DNA of 64,000 nt, taken from NCBI GenBank assembly GCA_965368975.1, contig CBDUPA010000015.1, positions 1 to 64,000 on the forward strand, read 5' to 3'. Position 1 is the first letter of the stretch; the number at the start of each line of letters is the position of its first letter. Both the position numbers and the translations under genes were made by a program. The notes under the pieces were generated by a model that ran no database searches, had not been told where the DNA came from, and saw only the letters and a program-made list of their open reading frames with translations. This DNA comes from an uncultured bacterium (GTDB lineage Bacteria; Acidobacteriota; Thermoanaerobaculia; Multivoradales; JAHZIX01). Shown here in pieces: positions 57,580-64,000 of this stretch.

Positions 57580-57936
57580 TCAGTCCGAAGGCATGAGCGG
57601 CAGCAGATCACGCATCTCAGCTTCCAGGTAGCCGATCAGCTTAGGAAGCTCAAGCTGTATCGTCCTCCAGACAGCTTCTAGATCGATGTCATCGTAGTCG
57701 TGAACTAACACGTTTCGCAGTCCGATGATTGATCTCCATGGTAAGCCTGGATGCTCTTCTCGACACTCGTCACTGAGACGCCTTGAAGCCTCACCAATCA
57801 CGAGTAGGCGTCGAATCACAGCGTCCTGGCGCAATACGTCACGCAGGAATTGCTGGTTCGAAATACCGTCCAAGTACCGGACGATCTGACGTGCGGAGTC
57901 CAGGATGTCTAGCAGATAAACATCGTCACGCTGCAT
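57580..57936 (-). CDS. HEPN (DUF86/HepT-like) toxin
   Basis: RNVLVHDY (Rx4HxY); overlaps the MNT gene. Confidence 0.9.
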   Translation of the reverse strand: MQRDDVYLLDILDSARQIVRYLDGISNQQFLRDVLRQDAVIRRLLVIGEASRRLSDECREEHPGLPWRSIIGLRNVLVHDYDDIDLEAVWRTIQLELPKLIGYLEAEMRDLLPLMPSD

Positions 57937-58270
57937 AGAGCGTCTTGACCGAAGAAAGGATCGACTGCCGCCGTAGTGGGTTCCGGCTAGACTCGACGCC
58001 ACCCCGGGTCAGCAGGTCTACAGGACGTCCGAAGAGCGCTTCGAGCTCGTGTTGCATCTCTACAAGCTGAAACAAGGTCACGGAAGCTTCCGGAGCGAAA
58101 GTCACTAGAACATCGATATCGCTGTCCGCGGCAAAGTGCTCTTTCAAGACGGAACCAAAAAGCGAGAAGTCGGTCACCTGCCAGCGTTCGCAGAAGTCAT
58201 GAACTTCCTTCCTGCTTGCATTCAGCCGTTGCAGTACTTCGGGTTCTCGTTGAGTAAGGGCTGGCATCAT
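57926..58270 (-). CDS. Minimal nucleotidyltransferase (MNT) antitoxin
   Basis: LFGS...SDIDVLV, GRPVDLLT. Confidence 0.9.
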   Translation of the reverse strand: MMPALTQREPEVLQRLNASRKEVHDFCERWQVTDFSLFGSVLKEHFAADSDIDVLVTFAPEASVTLFQLVEMQHELEALFGRPVDLLTRGGVESSRNPLRRQSILSSVKTLYAA

Positions 58271-58280
58271 GACCTCCTGA

Positions 58281-59519
58281 TCATTCAGTATACCCCGTCA
58301 TCTCCAAGTACCCCTGCCCCGATACCGCCTCCCCTCTCCGCTCCCCCTCGACACGCACGGCTCCCTCCCAATACCGAACGCTCACCAGCAACTCCTGATC
58401 CCGCAGTCGCGGCACCACCGTCAACTCCAGCTCATCGAACGGCACGCGCACCCGCCAGCTCACCGGATAGGTCGCGGCACCGTCGTCGCTGGTCCAGGTC
58501 TCCAGCACTTCCAGCTCGAAGTCCTCCCGCGCCAGCACGCGCGACGCTCCATCCGGTTCGACGAGCAAGCCCTTGCTCAGCGGATCGGCACTGCCGTCGT
58601 CCAGGCGGATCTGGTAGACCATCAACTCGCGCGGGGCACCATCGGCGGCTTCGTACTGCAACGCGAACCAGTCCCAGCCGACCTGCCCTTCCCCGAGCGC
58701 GCTGGTGCTCCACTCGCGGTCTAGCCAGCTACTGCCTTGCACCTCGTAGGTCGCGCTCGCCATCTCGACGCGTCCCTCAGCTCTCAACCGGGTGTAGCTG
58801 TAGTAGTACGACGCATTGCCGGGCTCGGCTCCCTTGCGGCTCCAGCCGTCGACGCCCTGGAGGACGCGCGGCTTGACGGCGGTGACGTGGAGGTCCAGCT
58901 CGATGCGGCCATCCTCACCCTCCTCAGCGACGTAAAGGCGCACTGGCCAGATGTCCTCCCCCTGTCCAGCCTCGGACTCGACGGACTCCATGCGCCAGTC
59001 TTGCAACCAGACCTGGAAGGGCTCAGCCTCAGCTCCGGCGAGACCCAGAGCACCTCGGCTGAAACGCTCGAAGGCGTGGAATTGCTCCGTCTCGACATCG
59101 GCGAGGGCGAAGTGGCCCATGTAGAGCTGGCGGCTGGCGAAGGGGGATGTCCGCTCAGGAACCTGATCCATTCCAGACACAGGAGGAGCCAGGGCGGTGC
59201 GGAAGAGGGTGAAGTGGAAGCCGAAGCGCCGCTCCGGATCCGTCGTGGAAGCCAGGTTGCCGGTGAAGTACCACCACTCGCTACGGAAGTCCGGGTGCGG
59301 ACCGTGGTCGGCGGGAAACTGGAAGGGGATGGGTGCTTCGGCGCGAGCGTAGCCTTCCTCAGCCTTGCCACCGAGGGCATCCGCGACGGCCAGGCTAGCG
59401 CGCACAGGGGCGTGTGCGGGGCGACTGAGTTGCCAGGCGGCGACGGCCAGAGCGAGCAGGGCCAACGCCGTCAGCGTGAGCAGCCAGGGCCAGCACCGGG
59501 AACTGGAAGGGGGCGCCAT
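58281..59519 (-). CDS. AttH/CrtC-like lipocalin-domain protein
   Basis: FPADHGPH, EWWYFTGNL, SYYYS, WLDREWS, YWEG, GYLEMTGY. Confidence 0.88.
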   Translation of the reverse strand: MAPPSSSRCWPWLLTLTALALLALAVAAWQLSRPAHAPVRASLAVADALGGKAEEGYARAEAPIPFQFPADHGPHPDFRSEWWYFTGNLASTTDPERRFGFHFTLFRTALAPPVSGMDQVPERTSPFASRQLYMGHFALADVETEQFHAFERFSRGALGLAGAEAEPFQVWLQDWRMESVESEAGQGEDIWPVRLYVAEEGEDGRIELDLHVTAVKPRVLQGVDGWSRKGAEPGNASYYYSYTRLRAEGRVEMASATYEVQGSSWLDREWSTSALGEGQVGWDWFALQYEAADGAPRELMVYQIRLDDGSADPLSKGLLVEPDGASRVLAREDFELEVLETWTSDDGAATYPVSWRVRVPFDELELTVVPRLRDQELLVSVRYWEGAVRVEGERRGEAVSGQGYLEMTGYTE

Positions 59520-59522
59520 GGG

Positions 59523-62258
59523 CTACTCCGACCTCAGAGCTTCGGCCGGGGGTGTGGCGGCCATGCGTTTGGCGGGATAGAGACCGGCGAGCAGGGCGGC
59601 GGCAAGAGCGAGGAGGAGGGCCTGGACGAGGACCCAGGGGTCGACCTGCATGTCGAGCGTCCAGCCGAAGGAGCGGCGGTTGACGATGTGGACCATGACC
59701 CAGGCGAGGCCGAGACCGATGGGCAGGGACAGCAGGCCGGCGGCCAGGCCCATGAGACCAGTCTGCCCGAGGACTAGGCGCCAGAGTTGGCGCGGGGTCA
59801 GGCCATTGGCCCGCAGCACCCCGAGTTCACGGGCGCGTTCGAGCTGCAACGCCAGCAAGGCACTGAGAACGCCGAGGAAGGCGACGGCTCCAGCAAGCAG
59901 ACGCAGGACGTTGGTGATCAGAAAGGTGCGGTCGAAGATCTCGAGCGAGGCATCGAAGAGGGCGCGATGGGAGCGCACGATGAGGTCGAGGTCGGGTGCC
60001 TGGGTGGTCGAGATCTCGCGCAGGCGTGGCACCAGGGCTTCGACGTCGGTTCCGGGTGTGGCGAAGACGGCGAGGGCCGAGTAGCCGGAGTCGTCGAAGT
60101 GCTGCTCATAAGTGGCTCGGTGCAGCATGACGGTGCCTTGCTCGGCGCCATAGTCGCGGTAGACGGCGGCGATCGTGAAGGCATGCTCGCCGCGGTCCGT
60201 GGGCAGGGTGACAGTGTCGCCAACACCCAGGTCGTGACGGTAGGCGTAGGGCTCAGAAATGAGGACCGCGCCCTCCTCACCGAAGGCCAGCCAGGCGGAG
60301 TCGGGGTCTCCCTGCAAGAGACGCAGACCGTCGCGGCCGGGGTCGCTCTCCAGTTCTCCGCCCGGACCAACGACCACGACGCGCGTCGGCACACCTTCTC
60401 GTCCAGCGGCCCCTCCGCTGGCTCCTGCCTCGGCTGGCCTCGTGGCCGAGGTCAGCTGCAGAACGCGCAACGTGTTGACCTGCGCCACGCCAGGCTCAGC
60501 AGCCAGGGCGGCGGCGAGCGCATCGTCGAGGTTGGCGTCTTGGGGACCTCGGCCGGTGGCTGCGGGTGAGATATAGACGTCGGCGACCAGGGTGGCGCGC
60601 AGCCAACGCACGACCGTGTCGCGGAAGCTGTCGATCATGATGCCAATGCCTACGGTCACCGACACGGCGATGGTCAGGGCGGCGATGGCAACGGCAGTGC
60701 GTGATAGGGACGCCACGACGCCGCGCGCCGCCATGCGGCCGAGCAAGCCGAGACTGGCGCTGGCGACGGGTTCGAGCAGGCGCATCAGAGCGACGGTGGC
60801 CAAGGGTGTCAGGACGGCACAGCCGAGAATCGCGAAGAAGATACCGAGGAAGCTGACCGTCAAGGCCGCAGGCTCGGGGACCCAGGCGAGCTGCTCGCTG
60901 GCTCCAGCCAGCAGAGCGCCGCCGAGCAGCAGCAGAGCGGTGCCCAGCAGGGCGGCACGCGGCGCGGCGCGGCGCCAAGTCGATTCCAGCGACGAGCGCG
61001 CGAGGGCCAGGCGCGGTGGTGCCGACGTCGCCTCGTAGGCGGGCCCAAGGGCAGCCACCAGCGTCGCCGCGATACCCAGGCCCAGGCCCTGTAGCAGCAC
61101 ACCGGGCGGCAAGGCCAGCGATTGCACCGAAACCGCGAAGTAGAGGTCGTTGACGGTGCGTGTCACCAGCTGCACCAGGCCACGGCCGAGCACGATGCCC
61201 AGCAGCACACCCAGCAGCGAGCCGGCCAGGCCGACCCCGGCGGCTTCCGTGAGCACCAGGCGGAAGAGTTGACGGCGGGTGACTCCGATGGCGCGCAGGC
61301 GGCCGAGCAGGGGGCGACGCTGCACGACGGAGAAGCTCATGGTGTTGTAGACCAGCAGCACGCCACAGACTAGCGCCAGCAGCCCGAGAGCTTCGAGGTT
61401 GAGACGGAAAGAACGCGTCATCCCCGCAGCAACCTGGGTACGGCCAGCCGCGGGCAGCAGGCGACAGCCGGGAGGTAGCCGTGCCTCGATGGCACGCACA
61501 GGCGCGGCGCCCAGGATCAGGTCGACGCGGCTCAGGTCGTCAGTGCGCAGCAATTCCTGTGCTACCGAGATGTCCGCGATCAGCAGATCCGCCAGCGCTT
61601 CGCGACTGCGCGTATCGGTCGGTCGTAGCACACCGGCCAGCCATACCTCGACGCGCCTGCCGTCGATCGAGAGCTGGAACGGTTCCCCGACGCGCAGCTG
61701 CAGGGCCGTCGCCAGCGACTCACTGGCCAGCACGGTCGCCGGCTGGGTCAGCAAGGCACGCAGATCGAGGCGGCCGGAGACGCTCGCGGAATCGTCGGGA
61801 CCGCGGCTGTCGCCCTCGCCCAGCAGGTTACCGAGAAACGGTCGAAACGGCGCTTCGGCGAACGGATCGATGCCGAGAAGGCGCAGCGCGCGGCCGGGCT
61901 CCCGATCGAGCAGGTCCTCCTCGCGCAGGTGATCGCTCGCGGTGCCCGCGGGCAAAGCACGCACCGGCGAGTCGAGAACCGGTGCAGCCGGCACCTCGGG
62001 AAACTCCAGGCGCAGCCGCCGGTAGACCTCGGATGGTACGCCAGAAGCACTGCCGACGACCTGGTGACTGACGCGGCCAGTGAGGGTCTCGGTCGACAGC
62101 TCGAAGGCCCGCAGCGCACTCTGGTTGGCCAGATCGACCGCCACCACTACGGCCACACCCAGCGCCACACCGAGCACCGCCAGCGCACTCTGCCAGGGAT
62201 GCTGACGCAGGTAGCGCAAGCTCGCGCGGGTCAGAATCCTGACGTGCACAGCTGCCAT
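59523..62258 (-). CDS. FtsX-like ABC permease
   Basis: Two FtsX-type TM blocks (LRAIG, ELGVLRANG), NRRSFGW. Confidence 0.9.
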   Translation of the reverse strand: MAAVHVRILTRASLRYLRQHPWQSALAVLGVALGVAVVVAVDLANQSALRAFELSTETLTGRVSHQVVGSASGVPSEVYRRLRLEFPEVPAAPVLDSPVRALPAGTASDHLREEDLLDREPGRALRLLGIDPFAEAPFRPFLGNLLGEGDSRGPDDSASVSGRLDLRALLTQPATVLASESLATALQLRVGEPFQLSIDGRRVEVWLAGVLRPTDTRSREALADLLIADISVAQELLRTDDLSRVDLILGAAPVRAIEARLPPGCRLLPAAGRTQVAAGMTRSFRLNLEALGLLALVCGVLLVYNTMSFSVVQRRPLLGRLRAIGVTRRQLFRLVLTEAAGVGLAGSLLGVLLGIVLGRGLVQLVTRTVNDLYFAVSVQSLALPPGVLLQGLGLGIAATLVAALGPAYEATSAPPRLALARSSLESTWRRAAPRAALLGTALLLLGGALLAGASEQLAWVPEPAALTVSFLGIFFAILGCAVLTPLATVALMRLLEPVASASLGLLGRMAARGVVASLSRTAVAIAALTIAVSVTVGIGIMIDSFRDTVVRWLRATLVADVYISPAATGRGPQDANLDDALAAALAAEPGVAQVNTLRVLQLTSATRPAEAGASGGAAGREGVPTRVVVVGPGGELESDPGRDGLRLLQGDPDSAWLAFGEEGAVLISEPYAYRHDLGVGDTVTLPTDRGEHAFTIAAVYRDYGAEQGTVMLHRATYEQHFDDSGYSALAVFATPGTDVEALVPRLREISTTQAPDLDLIVRSHRALFDASLEIFDRTFLITNVLRLLAGAVAFLGVLSALLALQLERARELGVLRANGLTPRQLWRLVLGQTGLMGLAAGLLSLPIGLGLAWVMVHIVNRRSFGWTLDMQVDPWVLVQALLLALAAALLAGLYPAKRMAATPPAEALRSE

Positions 62259-62262
62259 ACTC

Positions 62263-63045
62263 TCAAGGTCCCGTGTTCGGCAGACGGCTCTCCACAGGAC
62301 GACTCTCCCGCAGAAGACCGTGGTCGAGCGTCCAGATACGGTCCGCCAAGCCGACCATCTCGCGACTGTGAGTGACCATCAACAGCGTCTTGCCAGCGCG
62401 CCGCGTCAAGCGATCCAGCAGGTCCAGGACCTGGGCCCCCGTGTCGATATCGAGATTGCCCGTCGGCTCGTCAGCCAGCACCAAGTGCGGATCGTGCGAC
62501 AGGGCGCGAGCGATCGCCACACGTTGCTGCTCGCCGCCGGAGAGCCGGTCCGGGAAGCTCTGCGCTCGGTCGGCCAGTCCGACCTCGTCGAGCAGCGCCA
62601 GCGCCGCTTGCCGCGTCGCGTTGTCGAGTCGCCCTTGCAGTTCCAGCGGCAACAGCAAGTTCTCCTCGACGGTGAGCGTCGGGATGAGGTTGAAGAACTG
62701 GAAGACAAAGCCGATGTGGTCGCGACGCAGCAGCGTGCGCTCTTCCTCGTCGAGTTCGTGCAACTGGCGGCCGGCGATCTCGACCTGCCCCGAGGTCGGC
62801 CGATCCATGCCACCGACGAGATTCAGCAGGGTCGACTTGCCGCTACCACTCTTGCCGACCAGCACCACGAAGTCACCCCGACCGATCTCGGCGTCCACGC
62901 CGCGCAGGATCTGGCGCTCCTGCCCGCCTTCCCGATAACTCTTGGTTAGAGCCCGCAGGCGAACGACGATGTCGGACGCCCCATCGTGGGTCGCGTCCTG
63001 TACGGGAGGCTCGAGGCGTGGGGCCATGTTGGCGGGATCGGGCAT
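62263..63045 (-). CDS. ABC ATP-binding protein (LolD/MacB-like)
   Basis: [30 protein letters not shown]; start uncertain. Confidence 0.92.
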   Translation of the reverse strand: MPDPANMAPRLEPPVQDATHDGASDIVVRLRALTKSYREGGQERQILRGVDAEIGRGDFVVLVGKSGSGKSTLLNLVGGMDRPTSGQVEIAGRQLHELDEEERTLLRRDHIGFVFQFFNLIPTLTVEENLLLPLELQGRLDNATRQAALALLDEVGLADRAQSFPDRLSGGEQQRVAIARALSHDPHLVLADEPTGNLDIDTGAQVLDLLDRLTRRAGKTLLMVTHSREMVGLADRIWTLDHGLLRESRPVESRLPNTGP

Positions 63046-63392
63046 GTCGACTTGTCTCCTCTCCCTGCAGTTCGTGCACATCGTGCCTCGGATTCACCAC
63101 GAGGTGCCATTTCCGCACACCGGTCAAACGCCCGTTTCAACCCCACGCCGACACAAGAAGCCTCGAATGCACCAAGACTCAAACGCAAGTGACGATTCAA
63201 CAAGGACTTAGGAGTCTCTCTGCCGCCACGAGGCGGGGCGAACCAAGAACTGGCACGCCAGTTGCATTAAGAATGAGCAACGACGGGCTCACAAGCCCTG
63301 AACACCTTCCGAAAAACCCTGACGGTTCTACCGTCAGCCAGTCATACTACCTACCTACCTTTCCCACCAAAATAGCCTACCAAACGGCCACC

Positions 63393-63420
63393 CCGGATTA
63401 TAGGGGTGGCCCCGCCGATT
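63393..63420 (+). repeat. 28-bp direct repeat, copy 1 (copy 2 at 63950-63977)
   Basis: ccggatta(t/c)aggggtggccccgccgatt, 1 mismatch. Confidence 0.85.
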
Positions 63421-63525
63421 CCCCTCTGTTCGGCCGCTCACCCCGCTCCCTCGACGGTTCTGCACAGCGACACTTCCTGGTCGCGGCTGATTCCATCAGC
63501 TTCTGAAAAAGTACTCGCGAAAGTC

Positions 63526-63553
63526 TTGACTGGCACGGTTGCAGCGCTATAAT
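63526..63553 (+). promoter_or_regulatory. Near-consensus sigma70 promoter
   Basis: TTGACT-16nt-TATAAT preceded by an A-tract. Confidence 0.7.
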
Positions 63554-63581
63554 GGTCTCAACCATCGAGAGGGTCTTGGAC

Positions 63582-63873
63582 GTGCCCGCTCTTTACTCGC
63601 ACCGCTTCCCTGAACGTTAGAACGTGCAGGGCGCATCGCGGGAGAGTCGTACCAACCAAAGAGCCATGACCATCGACACTCCGCCAGTCAGAGCTCCCCA
63701 ACGGAACTCTTCCTGGTGAATCGTCTAACCGGTCGACATCTTGAGAACCTCAAGGTTCTTAGCCTGTCAGCGGAAACGTGTCGAAAGGTTATCCGGTCCT
63801 TGAACGACCTACCCAACTGATGGCTTGCAAGCCTGGGCAGAGTTCCGACGATTCAGTTCGAGCGGGACGGCAC
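63582..63873 (+). ncRNA. Candidate structured non-coding RNA (family not recognised)
   Basis: No ORF of 60 aa or more; complementary ends, nested stems and two crossing 8-9-bp helices downstream of a strong promoter. Confidence 0.4.
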
Positions 63874-64000
63874 AAGCTGGCAGGCTCCCTTCCCATGAAG
63901 TACCTACCTTGTTCGGCCGCCCTTGGAGGCTGGAAGCCCGATCGGGATTCCGGATTACAGGGGTGGCCCCGCCGATTTGTTTGTTCGCTAGAAGCGCGAA

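Noticed and set aside
63200-64000. rRNA operon leader or CRISPR array
   Set aside because: No rRNA sequence in the window; only two 28-bp repeats 557 nt apart and no cas genes. No CRISPR array was seen anywhere in the window.

Overview
A GC-rich bacterial window; the gene repertoire (a duplicated MacB-like orphan permease, secreted peptidases and propeller proteins) suggests Acidobacteriota, but that is inference. The left half (1-32.3 kb) is a tandem array of two related integrative elements at a tRNA-Thr(CGT) gene (32296-32370, minus strand; its 3' 48 nt are repeated at 12367-12414). Both carry the same hypothetical / SprT-like-JAB(RadC) / tyrosine-integrase module. The left element holds a diversity-generating retroelement (DGR): an RT (6040-7035), a template repeat (7186-7341) fused in frame to an HTH ORF, no recognisable avd, and two convergent NLR-like targets (REase/TIR-like-NACHT-FGE/CLec and SIR2-NACHT-FGE/CLec). 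VR2 differs from TR only at adenines (10/10). VR1 follows the adenine rule on its flanks but has a foreign central loop. Each target is followed by a homologous ~290-bp non-coding element. The right element carries lower-GC cargo: TPR-like / radical SAM / ATP-grasp, ATCase-like / TIR-SIR2 / nSTAND1-pentapeptide, and a Liv-type ABC transporter. The right half is chromosomal backbone with an unannotated 29-aa candidate RiPP precursor beside a B12-radical SAM, an MVL lectin, a HEPN/MNT pair, and a promoter-led, probably structured non-coding region at 63.5-63.9 kb. All alignments, counts and domain calls were made by eye; no searches were run.
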